Positions 10,017-19,873 of a stretch of DNA of 64,000 nt are shown here, piece after piece. The position numbers were made by a program, and so were the translations under genes. Origin of the DNA: Sedimentisphaerales bacterium (lineage in GTDB: Bacteria > Planctomycetota > Phycisphaerae > Sedimentisphaerales > Anaerobacaceae); the NCBI GenBank assembly GCA_963708075.1, contig OY970194.1, positions 6,176,001 through 6,240,000 on the forward strand, in the 5' to 3' direction. Position 1 is the first letter of the stretch. Each line of letters begins with the position of its first letter. The notes beneath the pieces were generated by a model that was given only the letters and a program-made list of their open reading frames with translations, did no database searches and was not told the DNA's origin.

Positions 10017-11033
10017 ATGGCTAATGAACCGGCAAATCGGGCAAGAACGCCGGGATCCCGCAAGGATTCCGAGCGAGCGGACAGCTCGGCCAGAGCGATC
10101 ACTGAGAGCCTGCTCAAGCACGTCCCTGATCTCGTGGAGTCCTGCCAGGCGGCGGCCCTTTTCGTTTACGTGGATGCTCTGGAGGACCCGTCCGAGCTGA
10201 GTTTCCCCTCGATGCACGCCAAGGTCTTCTATGTGACCAAGACCCCCGCAAAAGAGATAACGCCCCATCATGAGGAAATCCAGTACCTTCGCGTTCCGGA
10301 TGTGCCCCTGACTCGCCTGGGTCAAGTCAAGCTCGCTATCTTTCTCGCCTTATCGAGAGGTCTGATCCAGTATGGCGACCGGATCGTGTCTCTCTCGGGC
10401 CTGGCGGCCGACAAGACACTCGATACCATCCTCGTGACGGAGGTGGGACGCGAGTATGAGATTTTCGCATCAGGAACGGACCTGATGACCTCGCCGAAGG
10501 TCCTTCCGGAAGTCATTGAGAAGGTGGTGGATATCGCCTCGGAGCTGGGCAGTGAAGGCCGGGAGGGCAGGCCGGTGGGCACCATGTTCGTCATCGGAGA
10601 CACGGAGCGGGTGATTCCACTGACTCGCCAGCTTGTGCTCAATCCTTTCAAAGGGTATCCGCCGAGCGAGCGGAACATCCTCGATTATTCCCTGGAGGAA
10701 ACGATCAAAGAGCTGTCGACGCTCGACGGTGCGTTCATCATCCAGGGCGAGGGCGTCATTGAGACCTGTGGCGCATACATACGGACGGCCAGTCAGGAGG
10801 AATTTGAATTGCCGCGTGGTCTGGGCGCCCGGCACCATGCCGCGGCGGCAATCACCGCCGTAACCGACTCCATCGCGGTAACGGTGAGCGAATCCACCGG
10901 TTCCGTGACGATCTTCCGGGGCGGCCACATCATCACGGAGATCCAGAAACCCCGCAGCACCGGCGGAAAACCCAGAACGTTCCATTCCCACCCCCACAAC
11001 AAGGCCAGGAAGCGAACCGACGACGCCGAGTAA
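10017..11033 (+). CDS. Diadenylate cyclase (DisA_N/DAC domain) with N-terminal extension, DacZ/CdaZ-like
   Basis: EGREG..VGT, catalytic DGA (LDGAFII), GARHHAA (RHR-like) and VSES motifs. Confidence 0.88.
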   Translation: MANEPANRARTPGSRKDSERADSSARAITESLLKHVPDLVESCQAAALFVYVDALEDPSELSFPSMHAKVFYVTKTPAKEITPHHEEIQYLRVPDVPLTRLGQVKLAIFLALSRGLIQYGDRIVSLSGLAADKTLDTILVTEVGREYEIFASGTDLMTSPKVLPEVIEKVVDIASELGSEGREGRPVGTMFVIGDTERVIPLTRQLVLNPFKGYPPSERNILDYSLEETIKELSTLDGAFIIQGEGVIETCGAYIRTASQEEFELPRGLGARHHAAAAITAVTDSIAVTVSESTGSVTIFRGGHIITEIQKPRSTGGKPRTFHSHPHNKARKRTDDAE

Positions 11034-11117
11034 TCTCCCGCGTGCGATGTGCAGCAGGAGCCCACGGAGGCGTTCTCATACCGATTGCGGTTGAGGTCCT
11101 CGTATCACACTAAGCCT

Positions 11118-11213
11118 CGGGTGGCAGCGGCAAGCGGAGTCTTAGGAGCTTGCCGATGGCTCTCACGTATACAGACAGGACCATCGGCAAACTGCGTTTG
11201 CCGCTGCCACCCG
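11118..11213. repeat. GTGG-type REP doublet (REPIN-like), subtype A, copy 1
   Basis: GGGTGGCAGCGGCAAG-loop-CTTGCCGATGG-spacer-CCATCGGCAAA-ctgcg-TTTGCCGCTGCCACCC. Confidence 0.9.
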
Positions 11214-11243
11214 GAGATATGAAATCCTCAGTCGTGATTGGTG

Positions 11244-13047
11244 TCAATCCGGGGTAATCGCAAACAGCCGAAACGAGGCGAGCTCGTCCGGCAGTTGGAC
11301 CGGGCGGCACCATGGCGCGAGCTCACCGTCACAAAGCCGGTTGTAGAGTGTGGAGGTTCGCTCCGGATCTGCAAACAGCGACGAATCGCTCGCTTCCGGC
11401 GACAGGAGAATCAGGTCAATCCCGCGGCTGCGAAGGCGGCTTTGTGCCTCCTCATCCGTCTGGGCCCCCATGATCGCGCAGGCATCCGCAATACCCTGCC
11501 AGTTGCGATGGTATATGGTAGCTATGACCTCATGCGGAGTCCGGTAGAGAATCTCCGCGCCGTAGTTGATCTCCGCCAGGATGCGAAGCTTCCGCCCTTG
11601 CCATTGCGCATCAGTGGTCAAATAGCGACACACAGCTCTCACGGAAGACTGGGGACGAGTGGCAAGTGGTTCTGCTTTCTGGGTGAAATGGGCGATCAGG
11701 AACCCGGATGGCGCCAGTAGGAGAAACAGGGTAGTGATCCCGATATTGGTCAACAGGCGGCACAGACCCTGTTGCGAGCCGCTCAGGCGGGTCCGCAGGC
11801 GCGTGATCAGGGCGACCGCCGGCAGCAGAAGAAGGACCTGGCCGTACATTGCCCATCGCACCTGGTAAAACGAGAGCCCTGTAAACACCACGGCAGCGAC
11901 GAAGACCAGCGTCCAGCGGGGGTCTCTCAGGTCGATCATGCGGCAGAAAATCAGCCCGAGAAAGACAATTCCATATCCGATCAGCGGCGGGCCAAAGGCC
12001 AAAAACACATCACCGGACAGAAGCGGCTGAAGCTCTCCTATGCGAGCCATTGCCCGGATCATCCCGGGACTCATTTCCGCGTGCACCCCACCGAAGAACC
12101 GTGGGAAAACCGCTCCTATCGCCAAGGCCAGAACGGCCCCCGCCGCCAGGCCGACGCCAAGGCGGACCTGCCAGCGTTGCAGCGACTTTGCGCGCTGCCA
12201 GGAGGTGGAGCACCAGGAGCAACGCGGTCATCCATCCGAAAATCGCGATGTGCATGATCGAGAGTCTGTCGAATTCCAGCGTCGCCAAATCAGACCATGG
12301 CCTTTCGGCCACCAGCGCCGCGCAGGTGAACAGAAACAGGCTGGCACTGTAGCACAGCACCTTCTTCATGGAGTCGCCGCCATAGCGTATCCACAGCCCG
12401 CTCAGAACGCACAGGAACACAGCCACCATCACCAGCGACTCAAAGCTGGTCCACATCGAAAGGGCGCTGAGCGCGCCGGCAGCAGCGCATAGACCGAAGT
12501 TGAAGGGAAGCTCGACCAGACGAAGCACGAATCCCAGCGACAGAACAAACAGCAGCAACAGCAGCCCATGATGGTCTGGTCGGGCGGCCTGCAGGTAGGT
12601 CAGGACGCCGACCTGGACCGCAAGAAGAAAACCGATGAGGGAGGCCCCATCCTCGCCCAGCAGAGGGCGCGAAGCCCAGCGCAGCCCCAGGAAGATGGCC
12701 ACCAGGATTATCGGGCTGATGACGACCCCCCACCAGAATAGCGACGACGCAAAGCTCGTCAGCAGCGACCCGGGGACCGCACCGGCCAGCAGCAGGAGGT
12801 CAAACGCCCGGGTCCAGTGAAGCCGGTGGCCGTAGGGCGCATTGCCCCTCTCGATGACCGGATCGTACCATCGGCCTCTCTCGTAGAGGTCCGAGGCACG
12901 AATCAGGTGCATATAACAGTCCGAATCCCCCATATCGCCGGCCGCAATCGGCGCCTTTCCCATGAGGTACCACGCCACCAGTGCCAGCGCGAAGCAAGTC
13001 GAGAACGCCAGATAGCAGAAAAAGTCGCCCCTGCTCTTGTTTCTCAT
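11244..13047 (-). CDS. Multi-pass GT-C-fold (STT3/ArnT-like) membrane glycosyltransferase candidate, frameshifted near 12170
   Basis: ORFs 12010-13047 and 11244-12125 join; DSDCYMH acidic loop after TM1, PDHH and C-terminal YHRN motifs; divergent from a GT2 gene. Confidence 0.65.
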
Positions 13048-13184
13048 CCACCAGATCCCTTATCATTGACGTATCCCTCGATGAGGATTCTACTGTATGA
13101 ATCGAGATTTCTCCAGGACCTTCTGGCTCCGCGAAGCGACGAAGAAAGGTCCCGAGTGTGTGGCTGTGTGCTGAAGGTTTTGGG

Positions 13185-14114
13185 ATGGTTTCACAAGGTG
13201 GTACTAAGATCGCTGTTTTGATTCCGTGCCGTGATGAAGAACTCACGGTTGGAAAAGTGGTCAAGGATTTCGCGAGAGAGCTCCCTGACGCCGACATCTA
13301 CGTGTTCGACAACAATTCGACTGACGCGAGCCGTCGGATTGCCCGCGAGTGTGGGGCTATTCTTCGCCACGAGGCTCGCCAGGGAAAGGGATTCGTCGTG
13401 GCGAGCATGTTCCAGGAGGTCGAGGCGGATATCTATGTGTTGGTGGATGCCGATGACACCTATCCTGCCGAGGATATTCACCGCCTCCTGCAACCTATTC
13501 TGGCGGGAGAAGCCGACATGGCAGTGGGGACACGTGTGTCCGAATGCAACAAGGGATCATTTCGTCAATTTCATCTTCTGGGCAACCGCCTGATTTGTGG
13601 GGCGGCGAACCTGGTCTTCGGCACCCGTCTCACGGACATCTTCAGTGGCTATCGGGTCTTCAATGCTCGCATCGTCACCCAGATTCCGGTGGTTTCAAGG
13701 GGGTTTGAACTGGAAACCGAGATGACGATCCATTGCCTTTATTACGGAATGAAAGTCATCGAGGTGGAGATTCCGTATCGCGAACGGCCACAGGGCAGTT
13801 ACAGCAAACTAAGCACCTTTCGCGATGGAGGGCGAGTGGTCTGGCAGCTGTTTCGCTTGTTCCGCTCCTGTAAGCCGCTGACTTTCTTCGGAGGTCTGGG
13901 TCTGGTTCTGTTTCTTCTCGGCGCGTTGGCGGGAGCTTTTCCCATTCATGACTATATCAGCCGGCCCGATCACTACGTCGTTCACGTCCCGTTGGCCATC
14001 CTGGCGACGGGTCTGATGATCCTGGCGGCAGGGTGCACCTTTCTCGGCATCCTGCTGCATGCTCTCAACTGGAGATTCCTGGAACTCCACAACGTTATGA
14101 CGAGACGACGTTAG
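13185..14114 (+). CDS. GT2 glycosyltransferase (DPM1/GtrB-like, polyprenol-phosphate sugar synthase type)
   Basis: IPCRDEE, DNNSTD, GKG, DADDTY, DIFSGYRVF, plus two C-terminal TM helices. Confidence 0.88.
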   Translation: MVSQGGTKIAVLIPCRDEELTVGKVVKDFARELPDADIYVFDNNSTDASRRIARECGAILRHEARQGKGFVVASMFQEVEADIYVLVDADDTYPAEDIHRLLQPILAGEADMAVGTRVSECNKGSFRQFHLLGNRLICGAANLVFGTRLTDIFSGYRVFNARIVTQIPVVSRGFELETEMTIHCLYYGMKVIEVEIPYRERPQGSYSKLSTFRDGGRVVWQLFRLFRSCKPLTFFGGLGLVLFLLGALAGAFPIHDYISRPDHYVVHVPLAILATGLMILAAGCTFLGILLHALNWRFLELHNVMTRRR

Positions 14115-14140
14115 CACGCAGGGGGAATCAGAGGTGACGG

Positions 14141-14854
14141 GTGGATCGTGAACATTTTCACCGGCATAAGAAGCAGTTCATCAAGGGCATCAGAGCGATT
14201 CTATTGGAACATGGCGCTACCCCGGCATTGACGGAAGCCGGCTTTTGTGCCTACGCGGACCCGAACCCGCTGATTCGTTTCCTCTTCTGGCGTCGCATGT
14301 GGCTCACGGCCAGACTGATCGAGAAGGGTGGTCCATACGGCACGATCCTGGATTTTGGCTGCGGCACCGGGGTCGGGGCGTCGCTGCTAGCTCCTTTCTG
14401 CAACCGGTTGATAGGACTTGATCGCGATCTCGGACCGTATCAGCTTCTAAGGCCCTATGTTTCCTGCCCTCCAAACGTGGAATTCTATGAAACCCGGGAA
14501 CGCCCTCTGTTCAGCTTTGAGGACAGCACGTTTGATGCTGTCGTGGCATTGGATGTCCTCGAACACGTTGAGGATTTGAAGGACGTTATGACGAACATCT
14601 GCCGTGTTGTGAAGCCCGGTGCCCCAGTAGTCTTCTGCGGTCCTACGGAGAGTGTCGCTTATCGGATTGGACGCAGGATTGCCGGCAAAGAGTACACTGG
14701 CGACTATCACGTCAGGAACATCTACGACATTCACCGGGTCGCGGCTTCATTGATGCACGTGGAGACGATCGCGACTCTTTACTACCCGTTCCCCCTGTTC
14801 AAGGTATTTGTGGGCCGGTCGAGAAAAGATCGAGAAACCCGCCGTATGGCTTAG
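14141..14854 (+). CDS. Class I SAM-dependent methyltransferase
   Basis: ILDFGCGTG; FDAVVALDVLEHV. Confidence 0.85.
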   Translation: MDREHFHRHKKQFIKGIRAILLEHGATPALTEAGFCAYADPNPLIRFLFWRRMWLTARLIEKGGPYGTILDFGCGTGVGASLLAPFCNRLIGLDRDLGPYQLLRPYVSCPPNVEFYETRERPLFSFEDSTFDAVVALDVLEHVEDLKDVMTNICRVVKPGAPVVFCGPTESVAYRIGRRIAGKEYTGDYHVRNIYDIHRVAASLMHVETIATLYYPFPLFKVFVGRSRKDRETRRMA

Positions 14855-14988
14855 AAATCCAGGTTTCGCCACATTTGTCGGCCAAAATCACAGAAGCGGG
14901 ATAACGAATCGTCCCAGGCTCCTGCCTGTGTCCGCATACGCCGCATCTACTCTATAGTCCTCACATCTCAGCAATCTACTGCATAAAA

Positions 14989-15043
14989 ATGTGAAAAAAA
15001 GTACAACAACGCGATTGACTTGCCGGTCCCGAACGGAGATAAT
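14989..15043 (+). promoter_or_regulatory. rex operon promoter with adjacent putative Rex operator
   Basis: TTGACT (15015)-17 bp-GATAAT (15038); ATGTGAAAAAAAGTACAA (14989-15006) partly matches TTGTGAA-N4-TTCACAA. Confidence 0.55.
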
Positions 15044-15134
15044 TCCGTATATCAAACGAGAATCGACCTGTCGGGCAGTTGAGCTTTCCCAATTAATGGG
15101 ATGAGAGTCACAAAACGAGCAAGGTATATTGGTT

Positions 15135-15758
15135 ATGGCGAATAGAAGTTGTATCATACGACTATCGCGGTACAAAAACGCGTTAAACAGGTTGAAGATT
15201 CTGAACTTCGTGCGGGTCTTCTCTGATAACCTGGCCGATGCCGCCGGAGTAACGGCCGCCCAGGTGCGAAAGGACTTTTCCCTGTTCGGCATCACCGGGA
15301 ACCGCCGCGGCGGATACAAGGTGGACGAGCTCAGCGAGCAGCTCCATCGGATCCTTGGCAAGGACCAGCTCCAGGAGTTTGTGGTCGTTGGAGTGGGCAA
15401 CATCGGCAGGGCGCTGCTGCACTACCGGGGTTTAGAGAAGAGCGGCATCCGAATTGCCGCCGGCTTCGATATCGACCCGGTGAAGTACGACGCGGAAGCC
15501 AGCTCGCCTGTACTGCCCCTGGAGAACCTGGTGGATTTCGTCAAGACGCGAGGCATCAAGCTCGGCGTCATTGCGGTGCCTGATTATGCCGCCCAGCAGG
15601 TGCTGGAACTGATGCTCTCGGCAGGCATCAAAGGGGTGCTGAACTTCGCCCCGATCTGCCTGAAGGCCCCCGGCGGCTGCACGATCAACAACATCAATCT
15701 TGAAACCGAACTCGAGAACCTCATTTATTTCGTCAACGCATCCGATGGCGACAAATGA
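15135..15758 (+). CDS. rex: Redox-sensing transcriptional repressor Rex
   Basis: RLSRY, QVRKDFSLFG..G..GY winged helix; GVGNIGRAL Rossmann fold; GVLNFAP. Confidence 0.95.
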   Translation: MANRSCIIRLSRYKNALNRLKILNFVRVFSDNLADAAGVTAAQVRKDFSLFGITGNRRGGYKVDELSEQLHRILGKDQLQEFVVVGVGNIGRALLHYRGLEKSGIRIAAGFDIDPVKYDAEASSPVLPLENLVDFVKTRGIKLGVIAVPDYAAQQVLELMLSAGIKGVLNFAPICLKAPGGCTINNINLETELENLIYFVNASDGDK

Positions 15759-17607
15759 CCGGACATCCCTGGCGGTTTCCATAAAGACGAGGATCCTGCT
15801 TTCGTTCCTTACGCTGATCCTGGTGCTGTCGGTCCCGATTGCGGTGCTGGGCTACCGGGTGATCAAGAAGGACATCATCGAGACCGCCGAGCGTAAGGTG
15901 CTCAGCGATCTGATGGTCGCGGAAATGGTCTACACCGGCGAGATCGAGCGTATCGGTCAGGCCTTGCGGCTGGCGCCGCCGGACGAGGACGCCCGCGTCC
16001 TGAGGGACAGACTGAATCTGCACTACCTGTGGCGCGTGGACAGGCCCCAGTTCGATTCGCTTGTCAGCGAGATTGCCAGGGCGGCCGTGAAAGAAGCCAA
16101 GCCCGTAGGGGGGACCCGGATTGTCTCGCCGCAGGAGCTGCAGGCGATGGAAGGTGACGTTCCGGGCACAGCCCCCATCGAGATCAAACGGACCCCGAAG
16201 GCGCGGCCGACCGACAGGCTGATGGTCAACTCGGGTATGGCCAAGGAGTACGCGGTCCCGGTCTTTGACAACGCAGGAGAGGTCCAGGCCGTCCTGTATG
16301 GCGGCCGCATGATCAATCGTGACTACACCCTCGTGGATCGCGTTCGCGACATGGTCTTCGGCAAGGGCACGTACGGGTCCAAGCCCGTGGGCACGGTGAC
16401 GATTTTCCAGGATGACGTGAGAATCTCGACGAACGTTCAGGACGAAGCGGGACAGCGTGCCATCGGAACCCGCGTATCCGACGAGGTATACGAGGCGGTG
16501 ATCAGGCAGGGACGCACCTGGCATGAACGGGCGTTCGTGGTCACCGATTGGTACAAGACCGCCTACGAGCCGATTCGGAGCATTCAAGGCGACATCATCG
16601 GCATCCTGTACGTGGGCATCCTCGAGCAGCCGTTCAACGATATGGCCCGGCGGATCTTCCTATGGTTCCTGCTGGTTGTCGGCGGCGTTACCGTCATTGC
16701 CGTGCTCCTGTCGTTCATCCTCGCCGGGGCGGTGTCCAGGCCGCTGACCCAGGTGGTCCACGCCAGCGAATGCCTGGCCTCCGGCGACTGGGGCTGCCGG
16801 ATCACCGCGAACACCTCCATCAAGGAGATCGACAGCATGGCCGAGGCCTTCAACGCCATGGCCCTCGGCCTCAGGGACAGGGAGGAGAGCCTGCGGATCT
16901 CCAACGAGAAGCTGGCCGCCTCCAACAAGAGCTACATCGACCTGATCGGCTTCGTCGCGCACGAACTCAAGGGGATCCTCGCGTCCGCCGTGATGAACGC
17001 GTACGCCGTACGTGATGGATACTTGGGCATGGTCAACTTCAAGCAGAGAAAGGCTTTGGATTCGGTCGCGAGAAACCTGGATTACCTCGATGCGACCGTG
17101 AAGAAGTTCCTGAGCCTGGGCCGGGTGGAGCGCGGCGAGTTGGCCGTGAACAAGACCGCGCTGAACCTCAAGAAGGATGTCTTCGATACATCGATCAGCG
17201 CGCTGGCCCCGATGGCGAACAAAAAAGGCCTGCGGATCTTCAACGAGATCGATCCCGGCCTGGTCGTCCAAGCCGATTCGGACCTGATGCAGATCGTCGC
17301 CAACAATCTGGTCAGCAACGCGATCAAGTACAGCCCCGACGCCGGCCAGATCCGCCTCACGGCCACGCAGACCGACGGCAGGGTCGAGGTGGACGTCTAT
17401 AATGACTCCACGCCGATGACGGAGGAGCAGATGGGCAAGCTGTTCCACAAGTTCTCCCGGCTGGACAACCCCGAGACGAAGAAAGTCAAAGGCACCGGGC
17501 TCGGACTGTACATCACGAAACAGATCATCGAGCGGCACGGTGGCACCATCGTCGTCAAGCCGCGAGAGAACGGCAACTCGTTCGTATTCCAGATAGAAAG
17601 GAACTGA
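15745..17607 (+). CDS. Membrane sensor histidine kinase (Cache-type periplasmic domain, HAMP, HisKA, HATPase)
   Basis: TIFQDDVRISTNV...RAIGT Cache motif; AHELKG H-box; NAIKY; GTGLGL. Confidence 0.9.
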   Translation: MATNDRTSLAVSIKTRILLSFLTLILVLSVPIAVLGYRVIKKDIIETAERKVLSDLMVAEMVYTGEIERIGQALRLAPPDEDARVLRDRLNLHYLWRVDRPQFDSLVSEIARAAVKEAKPVGGTRIVSPQELQAMEGDVPGTAPIEIKRTPKARPTDRLMVNSGMAKEYAVPVFDNAGEVQAVLYGGRMINRDYTLVDRVRDMVFGKGTYGSKPVGTVTIFQDDVRISTNVQDEAGQRAIGTRVSDEVYEAVIRQGRTWHERAFVVTDWYKTAYEPIRSIQGDIIGILYVGILEQPFNDMARRIFLWFLLVVGGVTVIAVLLSFILAGAVSRPLTQVVHASECLASGDWGCRITANTSIKEIDSMAEAFNAMALGLRDREESLRISNEKLAASNKSYIDLIGFVAHELKGILASAVMNAYAVRDGYLGMVNFKQRKALDSVARNLDYLDATVKKFLSLGRVERGELAVNKTALNLKKDVFDTSISALAPMANKKGLRIFNEIDPGLVVQADSDLMQIVANNLVSNAIKYSPDAGQIRLTATQTDGRVEVDVYNDSTPMTEEQMGKLFHKFSRLDNPETKKVKGTGLGLYITKQIIERHGGTIVVKPRENGNSFVFQIERN

Positions 17608-17611
17608 AAAG

Positions 17612-17968
17612 ATGCCAACCCCGTTGGAACTGATCAAGAAGAAGCGGGCCGAGGCCGTCAGCCGGATCATCGGCAAGGGCTACCTGTCGACGAAGCGCGT
17701 CTACGTGGGCATGGCCACGTGCGAGATCGCCGCCGGCTCGAAAGACGTGATGGAGGTGTTCCAGAAGGCGGTCAGCCGCGGCCTGACGGACGTGTACCTG
17801 AGTCAGAAAGGCTGCGCGGGCCGCTGCAACCTGGAGCCCACCGTCGAAGTGATCGAAGCGGGCAAGAGCCCTGTCAAGTACGGCAGGGTCGATAAGGACC
17901 GGGCCCAGCAGATCATCGAGCGGCACCTCAAGAACGGCGAAATCATCAAAGAGTGGGTGATCGATTAG
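17612..17968 (+). CDS. Thioredoxin-like [2Fe-2S] ferredoxin subunit (HydD/HndB-like)
   Basis: VGMATC..AAG; GCAGRC..EP. Confidence 0.85.
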   Translation: MPTPLELIKKKRAEAVSRIIGKGYLSTKRVYVGMATCEIAAGSKDVMEVFQKAVSRGLTDVYLSQKGCAGRCNLEPTVEVIEAGKSPVKYGRVDKDRAQQIIERHLKNGEIIKEWVID

Positions 17969-17986
17969 AAAGGAAGGAAACTCGCT

Positions 17987-19780
17987 GTGAACGAGACATC
18001 ATATAGAATCATTCTTTGCGACGGGACCTCCTGCATCAACAAGGGGTCTCGCAAGCTGGCCGCGGTGCTGCGCGAGCAGTTGGACAAGCACGGTCTGACC
18101 GACCGGGTGGCCATCGGCCTGTCCGGCTGCCTCGGCATGTGCGAAAAGGGCCCGATCATGGTTGTCAACCCGGGCTACACCATCTACGGCAGTGTGACCG
18201 AAAGCGATATTCCGCAGATTGTTGAAGAGCATCTGGTCAACGGCGACCCCATCGCCCGGCTCGTGATCCAGGAAGACCATCTGTACAACCGCTTCTTCCG
18301 CGTGTTCGGCGATGCGAAATTCTTCGGCAAGCAGATGCGGATCACGCTTCGCAACTGCGGCATCATCGATCCCGAGAGCATCGACGATTATTTGTCCCTT
18401 CGCGGCTACGAGGCCCTGGCCAAGACGATCACGGACATGACGCCGGAGCAGGTCATCGCCGAGGTGGAGAAATCCGGCCTTCGCGGGCGAGGCGGCGCGG
18501 GGTTCCCAACCGGCCGCAAGTGGAAACTGACTGCGGCGGAGAAGGCCACGCCCAAGTATGTCATCTGCAACGCCGATGAGGGCGATCCCGGCGCGTTCAT
18601 GGACCGCAGCGCCATCGAGGGCGACCCCCATACGGTCGTCGAGGGCATGGCTATCGGCGGCTACGCCATCGGCGCCGACAAGGGCATCGTCTACATCCGT
18701 GCGGAGTACCCGCTCGCGATTAAGCGAATTCGCAGGGCCATTGAAGACGCCCGGGCCCACGGCTTGCTCGGAAAGAACATCCTGGGCTCGAACTTCTCAT
18801 TCGATATCGAGATCCGGCTCGGCGCAGGCGCCTTCGTCTGCGGCGAGGAGACGGCGTTGATTCACTCCATCGAGGGCGCGCGAGGCATGCCCCGGCCCCG
18901 GCCGCCCTATCCGGCGGCGGTGGGGCTCTTCGGACAGCCGACGCTCATCAACAACGTCGAGACCTGGGCCAACATCCCCGTCATCATCCTCGACGGCGCC
19001 AACTGGTTCCGCACCATCGGCACGGAGACGAGCAAGGGGACCAAAGTCTTCGCTCTGGCGGGCAAGGTCGTCAATACGGGCCTGATCGAGGTCCCGATGG
19101 GCACGACGCTTCGCGAGATCATCTACGACGTCGGCGGCGGCATCCCGTTCGGCAAGCGGTTCAAATCCGTGCAGACGGGCGGTCCCTCCGGCGGCTGCTT
19201 GCCTGAGCAATATCTCGATACGCGCATCGACTACGAGTCGCTGGCGAAAGCCGGCTCGATCATGGGCTCCGGCGGCATGATCGTCATCGATGAGGATTCG
19301 TGCATGGTCGATGTTGCCCGGTTCTTCCTCGAATTCACGCAGGACGAGTCGTGCGGCAAGTGCACACCGTGCCGGGAAGGGACCAAGCGCATGCTGGAAA
19401 TCCTGACCCGCATCACCGAGGGCAAGGGCCGGCCCGGCGACATCGAGAATCTCGAACGCCTGGGCGGCATGATCAAGAAGGCCTCGCTCTGCGGCCTCGG
19501 CCAGTCGGCGCCCAACCCCGTCCTGAGCACGATCAAGAATTTCCGCGAAGAGTACGAGGAGCACATCCACGAGAAGAAGTGCCGCGCCAAGGCCTGCAAG
19601 GGCCTGGTTTGCTACGAGATCATCGAGAAGTGCGTCGGCTGCGGCGCCTGCCGCCGGGTCTGCCCCGTCAGCGCCATCTCCGGCAGTCCCAAGAGCAGGC
19701 ACGTGCTCGATCAGAACAAATGCGTTCGATGCGGCATGTGCTTCAATACCTGCAAGTTTGAGGCCATTGCCAAGGTATGA
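17987..19780 (+). CDS. hydB: NuoF-like diaphorase subunit of multimeric [FeFe]-hydrogenase
   Basis: GRGGAGFPTG, NADEGDPGAFMDR, GAFVCGEETAL, GGPSGG, SCGKCTPCREG, C-terminal 2x[4Fe-4S]. Confidence 0.93.
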   Translation: MNETSYRIILCDGTSCINKGSRKLAAVLREQLDKHGLTDRVAIGLSGCLGMCEKGPIMVVNPGYTIYGSVTESDIPQIVEEHLVNGDPIARLVIQEDHLYNRFFRVFGDAKFFGKQMRITLRNCGIIDPESIDDYLSLRGYEALAKTITDMTPEQVIAEVEKSGLRGRGGAGFPTGRKWKLTAAEKATPKYVICNADEGDPGAFMDRSAIEGDPHTVVEGMAIGGYAIGADKGIVYIRAEYPLAIKRIRRAIEDARAHGLLGKNILGSNFSFDIEIRLGAGAFVCGEETALIHSIEGARGMPRPRPPYPAAVGLFGQPTLINNVETWANIPVIILDGANWFRTIGTETSKGTKVFALAGKVVNTGLIEVPMGTTLREIIYDVGGGIPFGKRFKSVQTGGPSGGCLPEQYLDTRIDYESLAKAGSIMGSGGMIVIDEDSCMVDVARFFLEFTQDESCGKCTPCREGTKRMLEILTRITEGKGRPGDIENLERLGGMIKKASLCGLGQSAPNPVLSTIKNFREEYEEHIHEKKCRAKACKGLVCYEIIEKCVGCGACRRVCPVSAISGSPKSRHVLDQNKCVRCGMCFNTCKFEAIAKV

Positions 19781-19785
19781 ATGAC

Positions 19786-19872
19786 AAGTTGTCAGTTGAC
19801 AGTTGGCAGTTGTCAGCAACTGCGGACTGTGAACTGCGGACTGTAAACTGTGAACTGCGAACTGAGAACTGA
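19786..19872. repeat. Inverted pair of heptamer arrays in the hydB-hydA spacer
   Basis: (CAGTTGN)n followed by (AACTGNG)n. Confidence 0.8.
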
Positions 19873-19873
19873 A

